Source of the DNA: the human T2T-CHM13v2.0 reference genome, Homo sapiens
Length of the DNA stretch: 64,000 nucleotides
Strand: one strand, 5' to 3'
Assembly: GCF_009914755.1 (NCBI RefSeq)
Contig: NC_060928.1
Shown: positions 14,330 through 28,030 of the stretch, one piece after another
Position numbering within the stretch: the stretch's first letter is position 1
Layout: each line of letters starts with the position of its first letter
Notes under the pieces: generated by a model
Told to the model about the DNA's origin: nothing
Database searches by the model: none
Seen by the model: the letters and a program-made list of their open reading frames with translations, nothing else
Translations under genes and position numbers: made by a program

Positions 14330-15800
14330 TTCCTTTCACAACCAGGCTGAGTTTTCTATATTTATTCTTTCTACTGTCTCACATGCCTGTTAATCCTTTG
14401 ACCACACAATCTTGCTTCTCTGCCCAATCTCCATTCTGTTGGGGTCACCCTTCATCAATAATATTAACAATGTTCTTTTTTTTCTAGATGCTTTTCGGTT
14501 TTTATCTAGGGAGAACTCCTTGTAGCATTTGACATTCTGAACGAATCCCTGTAAATTCTTTTAACCCCCTAACTTTCATGATATCATAATTTCATATCTC
14601 TTTTTTCTCCCTTCCCTCTGTGACTGCTCTCTCAGTCTTCTAATTTTTTCTGCTCAACTAATACTTACTGGTCATTCCAGGGATCCTTCCTCAATTCTCT
14701 TCTCTTCCTGCCCACTGGGTGAGAACCCATCCAACCTCATCACTTCTACATAAACATTTTAACTCAGGTTTTAATTTCCATGATTTCACACATACACACA
14801 TATATATACACATACCATTACATATACATGCAACATACACACACACACACACCCATACATCTTATGGCAAATCAAAATAACCCGAAGGAATTAATTCTCC
14901 TGCCCTGTTTACTACCTCACCTTCCACCCCCACCATGTTCTTTATCTTGTTCCTCTCTGCCTCAATATTTGGCATTGCCTTCTCCCTAGCCCTTTACAAG
15001 TCAGAGTATTTCTTTCTCAATCAGCACATTAAAAACAAAAAATGCAGTACTGCATCACATAGATTCTTCATCATGATCTCACTCTCAGAACTGCCCTCTC
15101 CTTTCCATCCCATATGCTATTATTTGTGGACTGAGTTCTTACTACATTGTCACAACTCCTTGCCCATATTCTTATGCAGCCCTCTGTGTGTCTCAACAAT
15201 GATAACAGCATGATCTAAAATTCAGGTCTGTATGTATTAGCAACAAGCTTAAAAATCTGAATGCTGCCCTCCTGCTGCCTATGCGGCAAAGTTTGAGGAT
15301 TTTAGTTTGCTACATAAAACCTTACCTGAATTGGCCTAACCTGTTGCCTTTTATATTGATCAACTCCTCCTTCTCACACTAAGCTCTGGCCACATTTAAT
15401 ACCACAAAGCTCCCAGCACAAACTTTGTGACTCGATACCTTGGCACACACTGTTTCTCCTCCTGGAGTCCCTATCCTCTTCTTCTAACTAGCTCCCATTT
15501 TCTCTTAGGGCTCATGGTAAGCACTGTGCTTTACCCATGAAGCTCTCTGTTTCCATGCCTTCTCTGGGTAAAATTTACCCCTACACCATGGACACCAGTA
15601 GCACCCCCTGAACCTCTTTACTAGAGAATTTTATACACTGACTTGTAACTGCTCATGTATTTGTCTCTTATTCATAAATCTGTAAACTCCTAGAAGGCAA
15701 AAATTATGTCTTATTTTCTGTGACATATCTCTGTATATATCCGGCAGTTACACAGTGCCTAGAACTACTCAGCACGTATTCAACAAATGACTGCTTAATG
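14330..15800 (+). mobile_element. L2 LINE fragments (approximate)
   Basis: Pyrimidine-rich degenerate sequence ending in an L2-like tail (tgtaaactcctagaaggca...acagtgcctag...ttcaacaaat). Confidence 0.55.
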
Positions 15801-16212
15801 CAAGAATAAGCAAGTTCTACAAACATCAATGCTGACTAAGCGTTTGAGATAGTATATCCCCAGCTGAATGAATTTCTAATAGCTGGCACTCAAGTAAGTT
15901 AACTGAAAAATAATTTGAACATAATTTTGTTTATATAACTGAAATAATTTTCCCCAAGAACTAGTGTAATTTACTTTTTAAAAATTAAAGCCCTAAGAGT
16001 CATACTATGAACTCAGTCAAGTTCAAACCTTGACACAATGACACAATGAGCACAGAAAATTGGTCTTGAGATTTTAACCCACAGGTCAGGGGGTTCAAAA
16101 TAATTGCTACAATGAAACCATCTGCATCCTATAATCACTGGGTGTTTTCTAAGTTTCTGTCAAATCTTTCTTCTATATATGCTGGCAGCATTGAGGTTTC
16201 CCCAACGTTCTG

Positions 16213-16490
16213 AATATAAATATATATATGATATAAACATACTATCATAGCAGGAAGCTTCTTATAGTAGTGCCCAATATGTGATTATGTATATACTTTC
16301 AGTAGATATATAATACAAACACAATTATATGTATAACTATATATAATATAAAAATATGACACATATTTATATATAATACATATACATCATATGTTATATA
16401 GGACTATATGTGTATATATATGAATATATGTATGTACACATATGTGTGTACATATGTAAGTGTGTGTGTATAACTATATAAACACAATCT
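16213..16490. repeat. Degenerate (TA)n/(TATG)n low-complexity tract with an embedded unique segment
   Basis: Alternating TA/TG runs seen directly. Confidence 0.85.
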
Positions 16491-18219
16491 TCCATTGGCT
16501 TTATTATTCTAACATGCAAGTGAAGGCATCTTGTAATAGAGGTATAAAGTTGTTATAATATATGAGTTTTAGTTGAAAAAATCGAATGCTGAGTTATTTT
16601 AAACTTAAATAAACACAAGGAAAATTCTGATTTCCCTAGAAAAACATTAAATTGGCTACATCAGAGCTAGTCAAGGTATTTTAATTATTTCTTGCTTAAG
16701 AAAGGCCTTATGCCATTATGAAACTAACATGGTATGAAGATTCCCAATAAGGTTATGCTCCTGCTAAAACATAACATATATGTGATTCATGTATAGCTGC
16801 AAAATGTACTAACACTGAGTGACTGTAACAAATGAAGGTAACATTCTCCTTCCTCTGTTTTTAAGTAAACAGATGGTTATAGCTAATAAGAAAAACATAT
16901 CATAGCAGGAAACTTTTATAGTAATGCCCAAATATGTGGGCCTTATGTATATTTTTTCAGTAGATATATAACAAAAACATAATGAATCTGGACATTAATA
17001 ATTGCACTTGAATTACATACAAAGTAAGAAAAATACTTAAAATGACACTCTCCCTAGAACAAGAGATTAAAATATGCCTAAGTTTAATTTCTGAAAAGTG
17101 TTTTCTTTATCCATATCATTAGTTCTGATATTTTGTTACATATCAGTGTATTATCAGTTTCCCATACTAGAAGATATGATTCATAGCTTTGTCTTGAACT
17201 TTTTACTTCCACCACTGTGTTTCTAAGAGTGAGACCAGTGACTGGCATACAACAAGCACTCGATAAAGAAGCAATGAACTAATAACACAATGCTTTACTG
17301 CAGCCCTCTCACTATTTGTACCTTCTTTTCAAATTAAAAACACCCAAAGACACCTCTAATATTAGGAGAATAAAAATTTTTAATACAGTCCAAAATATCA
17401 AATCATTTTCCTCTTTTCCACATTTGTGATCTAAATAAATGGCATTTATCTACAGGTTAAAAGGGCTCATGGTAACATTTTAACATTTTTACATTTAAAA
17501 TAGGGTCAAGAAATTTACAGTCTGAAAGATATATGCAACAAAAGGAATTTGAAGAACTCATAACCATTTGAAAATAAACATGAAGAACAGAGGATATCTT
17601 TCAGGCATATCTAAAATACTAACATAGCATATAAAACTGACATGAAGCTGGACCATGGTACAGATCAATGTATTTTTTATCTGCAAACGATTCATTGAAA
17701 TATCTGTTGAAAATGAGCACAAATTGTGAAAATTAATAGCTATGCTTCTGAATATAAACTACATGCACACTTTATGTATGCCAAAGAAAGCAAATTATTT
17801 GACATATTGTTCCACAGTTCATCACTTCTAAAAACATGCTTAGATGTGTTGTGTCACTGTAGGCTTTAATCTAGCCTTGTAATCTCTGAAAGATAGTCTT
17901 CAATCTACTATTTTTTCTTACTTGAATAAAACATATAATCTACTATTTTTATGTACATATTATAATTTAGATTATTTCAATGTTATGTAATATTTTATGC
18001 ATATAAAGGAAGGAGCAAATGGTAAAAATGTATAGTTTAAATGAGTCTTATTGGGAGAAGGAATGGTAATTAGCTGAACAGTAAATCTGCCTTTATTTTT
18101 CACTAGGATACTTACAAATATAAAGGGTTTTAACTCAGTCCAATAGAGGTACCACTTAAAAACCTGTAAGAACGATACAATCAGTTCTAAGGGTTGAATA
18201 AAAACTCAGTGATACTTAC

Positions 18220-18383
18220 CATACTGTGTAACAAATGCTATACAGCTGTTCACTATAATGGGAACGTCATTTTTGCTGAGCTGCTGATCTTGTAAAGCAT
18301 TACCATCTGTACCTGCTGCTTTTTCAATTGCAGTATGCCAGACTGTGAAATCCAACTTGGTATGCCCATGGATGTATAATGTT
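18220..18383 (-). CDS. ARAP2: Exon w12 (164 nt): PH4 end, RhoGAP start
   Basis: ttacag|A ACA ... TAT G|gtaagt; TLYIHGHTKLDFTVWHTAIEKAA...DVPIIVNSCIAFVTQY; phases 2/1. Confidence 0.96.
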
Positions 18384-18479
18384 CTGTAAAGTTTAAAAAG
18401 CATTTCAAATTATAATTTTGCTCTTTAAAAAAAAATCTTACTCCAAGACAGATTACCCTAAAATCCACACAATCATGCA

Positions 18480-20050
18480 AGACAAACTCTTCTTTTATCT
18501 CATCCACCACGAGCTTCCACTCAATCCCTCTTTTGCCTGCATAGTCACATCACTCCATAGCATTGAGGAAGCTCTCTGAATTTATGGTCTCACTTCTTTT
18601 CATTCCCTAGCCTCTTTTATTCTCTTTCTGAATAACTAAACTAAAACCATTGTGGCTATCACCTGTGACTTCTAACGGATATTTCTGGTTACGTTTTTTA
18701 AGGTTTTAGAATTGTCGATTTTATTTCTTAAAAAGAGAAAAAAACTAGCATTCAATTTGAATTTTATAGCATAATTCTTTCTGGATTTTCCTCCTATCAT
18801 TCTGGTCACTTAGTCTCTTTCCCAATCTCACTTCCTCTTTCTGAATGGCAAAGTTGTAACCTCAGCACACACAAAAGCTCCATGGACTCTCCAGGGACAT
18901 GCCATTCAGGCCAGTAGTTTAATCTTTTCACATAAATTAGTTTACTTCCAAATCCCTATCTCCAGGCTGTAACTTTCATAAATCAGATCTCCATGTGACT
19001 GAAAAGCAGGAGAATAGAGCACCTGAGAGTGGGAATGACAATCAGACTTTTTGAACTTAAATTTTAGCTCTGCCATTTACTTCCTTTGTAACTTTAGACA
19101 AGTCAACCTTATTTTTGCTTCAGTTTCATCATTGGCAAAATAAATATAATAATAGCACCTAGGACAACACTCAATAGACGTAACATTAATGACTAATGTA
19201 TAAACTATACTACTAAAGAATATTTATATTTGAGCATCTTCACCTTAATGTGCAATAAGCATATCAAAGCTTTTGCTCTCCCATACCAAGCTTCTGGCAC
19301 CAAAAATTTTCCACGTACCCCACGAGAAATTTAGGATTAACTAAGTGTAGATCAGTCTCTTTACCCAACCACTGCCACATGTCTTCAGTCACAAAATTCT
19401 GTTGACTACAGTTTCCCAATGTATTCACTCTGTCTCCTCTCCTTTCCAAGACTGCCTTATTTCAGATCTTCATGTTGTTCTTTCAGGTCACTACAGCCCC
19501 TCCTTACAGAATTCCTTTCCCAATTCTCAACCCCTGTAATGTCTACTCCTCACTATTGCCAGAATGATCTAAAACGCAAAGCTAATGACATCACTTCCAG
19601 ATCACTGTCTTACAGTTCTTGAGTTTTCAAGATAAAAAGTCTTCATAATCTAGCCTATATTTTTACCTGCAACTTGATCTGTCATTCTCCTTTACTTAAG
19701 ATACTCAGGAAACATAAACACACACAAATACACACACACACACACACACACACACCCCCTCCTGGATTCTGTAATACATATTGCCTGCTCTTTGGCTGGC
19801 TACTCCAAACCTTCCCCCAGAATTATACTCCAGGTAAAACTCCTTAACACTGTTCCTGATCTCCCTCTTATGCTTAGTATGTCACAGATACTCCTTCTCA
19901 ATCTTTCACTGATGGCTTTGTCCTGCATCATATCACCTTCTGTAGCTATCTGAATGTTTTAGCCACGAAACTCCAACCTTTACACAGGCAAGCAAAGAAA
20001 GTATTTCAGTATCTCCGGTCATTAGCATAGTGTCTGGCATTTAGTGGATA
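18480..20050 (+). mobile_element. L2 fragments interrupted by a MIR (~19040-19180) and (CA)n (~19719-19755)
   Basis: L2-like gccagaatgatct and 3' end agcatagtgtctggcat; MIR core ctctgccatttac...cttcagtttcatc. Confidence 0.5.
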
Positions 20051-21774
20051 CATAGCAGTTTTAAAGACCTATCACTAGATACAAAGTTTGCTTTAAAACA
20101 TAAACTAATTGTTGATGTATTTTAAGTCTATTTACACCAAAGTAAAACGATATAATCTTGATTTCAGACTTGACAGGGCTAGTTTATATTCAACCCAAAG
20201 AGGCATGAATAAACCGCATGAATTCTGGGGCTTTGGGGGCCAGGTGTGGGTAATAAGGAATGTAATCTTTTACATTTCTGATAATCACTGTACCTAATAT
20301 AAAAAGAGAAACAAAAAACTTCCTTTCTTTCCTTTGTTTTCTTTCTTGAAATGCTCCTGTAAGAAGACAAAGATACCTGCACCTTACCACACTCATTTTT
20401 AACATCTGAACTTGCTATAACTACTACTGTTTTACTAATACTGGTGCTTGTAATCTTCATCTCTTGCTTTTTGACGTCTTTATCTATTGTTTCTATTTTC
20501 CACAACACTACAGCAGTCCTGACCTCCAGGTGTTGTAATTTTCTTTTTGAAGAATTCTGAAATTTGCACTAATACACCTGACATGCTACAGCCTTTTCAT
20601 TGATCTTATATCATCTTTAGCTCAAAAGTATTCTATTGCTGGATGTATTTGTCTAACTGAAATCATATAACTCAGATAATTTTTTGAGAAACATCAAACC
20701 TCTTGATTATGTGAACTTAATCAAAATTATGTCTTGCTATATTCACAAGTTTAGGTAAAGAGAAAAAACTTTTACATAATTTATCTAATAATTCAGTTTT
20801 AAATATGATATAAAATCTTTGTAACTATTTGCTTATAAACAACTACAACGGGTGTTTTAGCAAGCAGTGAAAGAAATCCAAAATGCAGTGGCCCTCCTAC
20901 AATATGAGTATAATTCTGCCATAAACTGTGACATTTTTGAACTTCAAATTTTCTTTCTAGTCAGAAAAAAATCCACTGATGATGAGTTGAGCTGTCTCCT
21001 CATGAATTAGTGAAGAGTAGAACTTTCTCAACTTGTCAAAGGGCGAATCCTAAAATATATATGTAGTGCAATAGATGGTTTGACATTTAATAGCATTGGT
21101 GCACTAACTTTCCTCTCTGATGCTTACCTAAAATTTGTGGACACTGAATAAAGCATCGAAAGATATTTTCAACACAAATGCTGGATGACTTTGAGATTTC
21201 AAGTGTTATCAAATTCACATTCCTGGATTCGAATTCCAAAGAAACATTTACTTATATCCTGACAATCTGAAAAGTAATGTTGATGAACTCTAATTACAGA
21301 GAAATTAGTTATGCTAATTGTCTATTTTCTAAGCATAAATTCCAAAGGGCACTTCAAAGCCATATAAAGAAAAATTCTTATTTGCTATAATGAATCAAGA
21401 CAGTTCAATAAGACCTTAGAAACCAAGTCCTAGGACTAACAAAAACAATTATATTAAAACTGCAATATAATAACCATGAAGCATAAACAATCATATTTGA
21501 GCCTAGTCTATGACAAGAACCAGAAGTGCCTTCACAAATAATAGATCAATAAACTTGACCACATAAAAAATAAATATGCTCATATAAAAAAGATTTTAAA
21601 CAAAACTGAAAAGCAAATGAAATACTCTACAAATATGGCTGGAAAAGATAATATCCTAAGGATTTATACAAAAATAAAATAGTAAGTCTTCCACAGAAAT
21701 ACGGTTATCAGCCATGGAAAGGTAAGTCACAGAAAGAATTAGCCGATGTAACCACAAACCAGTCTAAGAATCAA

Positions 21775-21775
<1 letters not shown>

Positions 21776-21816
<41 letters not shown>

Positions 21817-21965
21817 GTCTGCGTATCTCAGTCCTATCACACCTAAGATTCACAAAACAGAATTTCCTGAGCAACTTATTACAAAGTCACACTATTAGAA
21901 TGGACACACACATACACGCGCGCGCGCGCGCACACACACACACACACATATACACGTATATATGT
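21776..21965. repeat. Compound microsatellite: (TG)n, 76-bp spacer, (CA)n(CG)7(CA)n
   Basis: Seen directly; (CG)7 at 21917-21930. Confidence 0.95.
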
Positions 21966-23229
21966 AAAATCAATGATGTGTCAAAGGCAATTTATCAAAG
22001 ATCTAAAATGTTTAATGTTCATCACTGGAGTATAACAAGATGAGCATAGCATTTTAAAGGCTGATGAGATACTCTAAAAATAAATTTGAAAATATGTTCT
22101 AAGAATCTTAAAATACGTATGCATTAGTTTTGACAATTAGTTCCAACCACAGGACTCTTTCATAAGTACATGATTTGAAATGAAGGCACAATATCTGTTT
22201 CTTTCAATATATTTCTGTTCCTCTCTCATGCACATGTGCACATGCACACAAACACATGCATTTAGCCAAGCATTGCAAAAATGGAAATAAGTTGAAATCC
22301 CAAAAACTAGGGAAAGGTTAAGTGATTTAGCTACATCCAGAGATATATATTATAAACTTAGTACAATGAGCAGAGAATGCATAATCGCACATATGTATAA
22401 ATCCAATTGCATTTCCTAAAATGTTAAATTAACTCTGTGTAGAAAACTCATGGACATTTTGTTTCCTTCTTTATACATGTCTGTGTTTTTAAAAATGTAA
22501 TTAGAAACAAATCACATAAGCCGAAGTTTTGACTGATCCCTTAAAGGAAAAGATATTTAAAGCCGTCTGAAACATGCCATCTTAGACTGTCATTGAGCTT
22601 TTGAGCCAGAGAACTGGAAACATCTCTGCCAAGTTTTTTTTTCCATATATGACTAGGAAACTAAGAGCCAGAAACAACGTGTTTAAGGTATCAGAACTAG
22701 GTAGGAATTGCACATTTGAGCTACTCAGTACTAGCCTAGTTCATGAGCTTTCCTTTACCTGAGGAATCAGATCTCCATAATTTAAAACTCTGGTCCTCGA
22801 GTCCAAAAATACTTATTCCAGAAGTGAAATGCTGATGTGTATTTCTGTTGCCTTTCTTCTTAGTCCTATCACACCTAAGATTCATGAAACAGAATTTCCT
22901 GAACAATTTATTACAGTCACACTATTAGAATGGACGTGAAAGATGATCTACTAAAGCCACTCATAATAGAAGACCTATTTCTCTTCTTCAAGACTGTACA
23001 CTTACATTCTGCCTTGAAAAGCATCCTAGGCATGTTGGAAATGTAATGCATAGGACTTTGGAAGATAGCTTTAGAAGGGTATGCTGTGCATTTTTCTTTA
23101 TACTTCCTAAGCAGCCTCTCAAAGAAGACCCTACTTCTCATCCAAATAAGCTTTTGGGTTTGTTTTCTTCTGGAAAAGTATGAATTGTGTTATTTCTGTG
23201 AGTGATGTTTGGTCATTAGAATTTTTAAT

Positions 23230-24830
23230 GAACTCATTTTAAGTGTATGGTTTGAAATATTTTTGCAAATGTGTACACTTGTGTAACTACCACCATGATT
23301 AATATGTAGACCATTTCCATCACTCACAATGTTCACTCATAACTCTTTGCATTGCATTCCTTTCCCCACCCACAATCTTAGGCAAGAACTTATCTGCCTT
23401 CTCTCACCATTCATTAGTTTCCCAGCTCTAAAGCTTCATAAGAATGGAATTACACAGTATTACTCTTTTGTGTCTGGCTTCTTTTATTCAGCACAATGTT
23501 TTTTAAGATTCATTCATGTTGTTGTTAATATAGGTCCCTTTATAATGATAATCAGTACTTCACATATGAACACATACCATACTCTGTTAACACATTCACT
23601 GACTAAAAATCATTTGGGGTCTCCTCACTTTATATCATAAATAAAGCTGATTTGAATATTTGTATAGGAGTCATTTTGTGGACATATATTATGATTTGTT
23701 TTGGGCAAATACCTAGCAGCTCATTTGTTGGGATGTAGAGTTAAGTGTAAACCAACTGTATTATTTTAAAAAACAAAAACCTGCTAAACTGCTTCCCAAA
23801 ATGAATGTACTATTTTACAATCCCACCATACTTGCCAACACTTTGCACTGCCACTTTCTAAAAAACTTAGTTTTTTCAGTGTGATCTCACTGTGGTTTTA
23901 ATTTGTATTTCTCTGGTACTTAACTTTACATGTGCTTGTTGGCTATTCATAGACATCCTTTTAGACATTTCTATTCATCATTTTTTGCTATTTTATTGGG
24001 TTTTTGTCTTCTAGTTATATGTATTCTGTCCATGTTTTGGATATGAGTGCTTTATCAGACACGTGTATTTTGAATAGTACCAGTGTATGATTTCATTTTA
24101 TTAACCATGTTGCTTAAAGAACAAATTATAATTGAGTTTTTAACTTATAATTCCAATACTTGTGATTTTTTCTAATTTCCTTGCTTTATCATATTAAACC
24201 CACAATATTAAATAGAAGTGGTGGGAATAAATATGTTTGCCTAATTCCTGCATTTGAGAGAATTTTTTGATTATATCCAATGTGTTAAATTCATTGGTAT
24301 GAAGTTGGTCGTAATATTTTCTTATATTTTAAATATTAAACTGATGCACAGTTTTATAACAATGGTGATTTGTATCTTCTGTCCTATCTTCTAGTTAGAG
24401 TTTTATCAATTTTCTTAACTTTTCCAAAAAAAGTTAAAAATTTATTAAATAAATTGATTATTTCAAAGGACCAGCTATTTGTGGCTCAGATTTTTTAAAA
24501 ATATATTCCGTTTATTCATTCTTTCTACTGTCTGTATCAATTCATTCTCTGAACCACTTTGGGTCTAATTTGCTCTTTTTTAGATTTTTAAGGTAAAAGT
24601 TTAGAGGATGGATTTTAGTGTAAGCATTTAAAGCTTCAAAGAGGATTTGATTTAGTGTAAGCATTTAAAGCTTTCAACTTCCTTGTAAATAGTTTTATAG
24701 CTCCATCACACAAATTTGATGTTATGATTGTATTATCATTGATCAAATATTTCCTAATTTTTCCTGTGATTTCTACTGTGAAGTATGGCTTATTTGGAAG
24801 CATGTTTAACTTCCAAATACTCAGGAATTA
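23230..24830 (-). mobile_element. Old L1M (L1MC/ME-type) fragments
   Basis: Reverse L1M 3'UTR motifs (tgtgtaactaccacc, aatggaattacacagtat, tgtggttttaatttgtatttctct). Confidence 0.75.
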
Positions 24831-25127
24831 CTCTGCAATCCTTTCCAGAATAAGGCAAGTTATGAATTAAATTCAATAGAAAATACTAATAGAGTATCAA
24901 TCTATCTTTCCAGGCCCATTGTCACATGTGTCCTCCTCAAGCACTCAAGGTTAAGGCCAACCCATACTGAGGTTGTTTCTAGCCCATCCTATTTCTCTGA
25001 ACCTATTATTTCCACCTCTTGGACTACCTTAGTGTCTCAGGCCCCCTTCATTTTTTCCTACTAAAGTCCTTCATTGGATTGTAGATCCAGATAAAAATAC
25101 TTTTCTTTAAAAAACAAAACAAAAACA

Positions 25128-25129
<2 letters not shown>

Positions 25130-25180
<51 letters not shown>
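25130..25180. repeat. (CA)~25 microsatellite
   Basis: Perfect dinucleotide run. Confidence 0.98.
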
Positions 25181-25181
<1 letters not shown>

Positions 25182-27299
25182 CTTAGAGGGATTTGCTCAT
25201 TCTTTTGTCCATTTTTTCCCCATCATATCATACTTATTTCTTCATAAGCTTATCTCCTGGTACATAGAGGTACTTTGAACTAACTGAAACAAAATTGTTG
25301 AAGCAAATAATACACGTTTTAAAATCTACCTTTTGTTAATAGACATACATTCCCTTCTTCATAATTTTCTTTAACATAAAATCACTTAATATTTGTTTTG
25401 TAATAGTCTCTTTCTTTTTTAAAAACCTGTGGGAGTGGTGAGAGAAGAGAATCTCTTGTTTGCCTTGGCAATATTCAGATTAAGCCATCTCTAAGAATTA
25501 AATCATCAGAAAGTTACAAAAGCAGTCAAGCTTATATTGTGGGCAATAGGCTACTGTTTAATTTGCAATTACATGCACAATTTAAAAACCACTTTAAGAT
25601 AATTCAGCCTCTGGAGTATTGCTAACATATTAGCTGCTATAAAACACATTCAAGGGGGAGAAAAGATCATATGGAATAAGGTGACAGGAAATAAGGAAAA
25701 CTAAACTTAGGGTGCTAATCTCCCAAACTGAGAAAAGTAATCTGTTCCATAATTGTGAAACATACTGATAAAGTGTTTATTCCCCAGTATTAAGCTTCTT
25801 TATGTGAAGAATTTGCAATTAAAACTAAAATGCAGTCAAGCTTGGGAGACATCAAGTGTATTATGCTTTATTATATATCAACTAAGGAATGTAAAACAAA
25901 AAAACACACTAGCCTTTTCTGTTTCTGATAACACAGTTTACTTATTCACACTGTGTTTATTAGAACCAACAACCTTTCAACAAAAGCATAATAAGTGTCT
26001 ATGGCAATGGGCATGCAGCTATGGAATGTGAAAATGGTAAACACAGTAACTTATTTCTTAGAAAAAGATATGCAGAAGATGTAGGTTAAAGTGCAAAAAT
26101 AGTTCTCAAATTTTGAGAAAAAGATGTAATTTCTTGAACATTTCAGTCAAAGTGATGATACAATTTCCTACCGTCCAGGAAAATGCCTTCTGCCTTCCTG
26201 GTCTAGAATATTCACTAACAAGTGATATTTGACAATATTTTTTTTTTATTTGCACAAACAGTACTAAGGTCTAAAAGAAAAGCACAGAATCTAAGTCCCA
26301 ATAACAACATCAAATAGCATGCCAGAAACCCCTAAGTGTGATCAAGAAAGCTTTATTTTCCAAAATAATTTTTAAAGTATACAAGGAATACACATTAAAA
26401 CGACACCATCTGGAACACCTTCTGTTTAGAGCTTTTTAGAGCAAAAATGCTGTGTGTGTGGAAAATATTATTGCAATATTTTTCTGTCTAAAGACACTCA
26501 TGCTATGCATATAGAGAAAATGACCATGAAGATTAAAATATCTATCTAAATAGTGACTATATACAGGGGATAATTATCAATTTATGAACATTTCCAGTTT
26601 AGGGGGTTCTTTCTCCTCTTTGCCTTTAAGAAACATTAATGTAGTTTAGCATTTTAATCAAAGGTAGATAAGAACAGGAAAAATATGTGAAATTAATTCA
26701 TTAAATTTATGTATGATTTACATTTCTGGCTCAAGCTGTTACTAGCAAAAATATAAGGTTCAAGCTTATAGCTGGTTGGTTTCTCTTTCTTTCAATCATT
26801 CACACTATCTCTATAGGCCAACAGTATAAATAATTGGAAGTTGTGTTACTTCCAAAAGCCACAATTTTATCTGTCACTGACAAGTCCAACAGAATCTACC
26901 ATTGCTGACAGTCATCATTTCCCAAAGGGCTAATAGATCAAAAGGGAGATGAAAACAAGGGTGGTACAATGAAATTTTCTCATTTTGGCATGGTACTGAA
27001 ACAGCTTTTCAACAATCACAGCTATAATTAACTAGCTATGTTTGAGTACTGGGAGAGAAGTGCATATTCTCTATCTTGGCAAATGATACTATCATTCATA
27101 GCATCACCCATGCCAGAAGCTCAGGGATCATCACTCTTATCTCCTAGTTCACAAAGCAATTGAAAATTGACTGGTATCTCTCTCAACATCCCACTACCAC
27201 ATGGAGAAAACTATCAACATCCAAAATCATCCATCAATTCTTCTTTTCTTACTTTTGCAGTTGAGGGATCTTGCTCTCTTGTTTGTACTCTCTCTTAGA

Positions 27300-28030
27300 C
27301 CTTCAATCTCTCCCATTTTCTGTTTCTTTTCCATCAAAATTTAAACTTGTATAAGTTTAAGCCATCTGAAAACAAACTGCACATATATGCCCTTTCTGGG
27401 TCAAACCCCTTACCTCGTTAATCCTATGAACCTCCCTCCAGATATCTTTGACAAAGTGACCTCACTAGCTGTCTTGGTTTACTCAATTTCCATTCTTAAT
27501 CTGATCTAGTACCTGCCTGTTCACTTCTGCTCTCCCCCAAGTCACCAGAGGGACTCCAAATCACTTATCTCATGGAGTATGTATTCTCACTAGGCATGTC
27601 CTTCTGTCAGCACTTGACATTTTTAACTGATCCTTCCTTTTTGAGACACCCTCTTCCTGGGCTTTGTAACACTTTGTACTCTCTCTTAGTTTCTGGCCTC
27701 ACTCTCTGAGGAAACAAGCAGCTACTTCTCCCTGACAAATTCCCCTAACCCAAAATGATGTATAGTCATCAAAGCTCCAACACAGGACTTCTTCCTTTTT
27801 ATTTCCACAGAATCACCCTAAGTAATTTCACTTTCTTCCTTCTTTACGCTGGCAACTCCAAAATCTGTATCTCCAATCTGTTAATCTTTTCATGAATATC
27901 TTATCCATAAAAAATAACTTTCTCCCATCAATTTATTCTTAGATTTCTTATAAGAATCTCATGCTCAACATGTCTTAAACTCATTATCTCCCAGGCTCTC
28001 TCCCAAACCTGCTCCTTTTTCCACTATTTC
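27300..28030 (+). mobile_element. L2 fragment (approximate)
   Basis: L2-like ctcccaaatctgtatctcca-type and ctcaacatgtct...cccaaacctgctcct motifs. Confidence 0.5.

Noticed and set aside
19719-25180. TDP-43-type cryptic exons next to the (CA)n tracts at 19719 and 25130
   Set aside because: No convincing acceptor/donor pair adjacent on the transcript strand.
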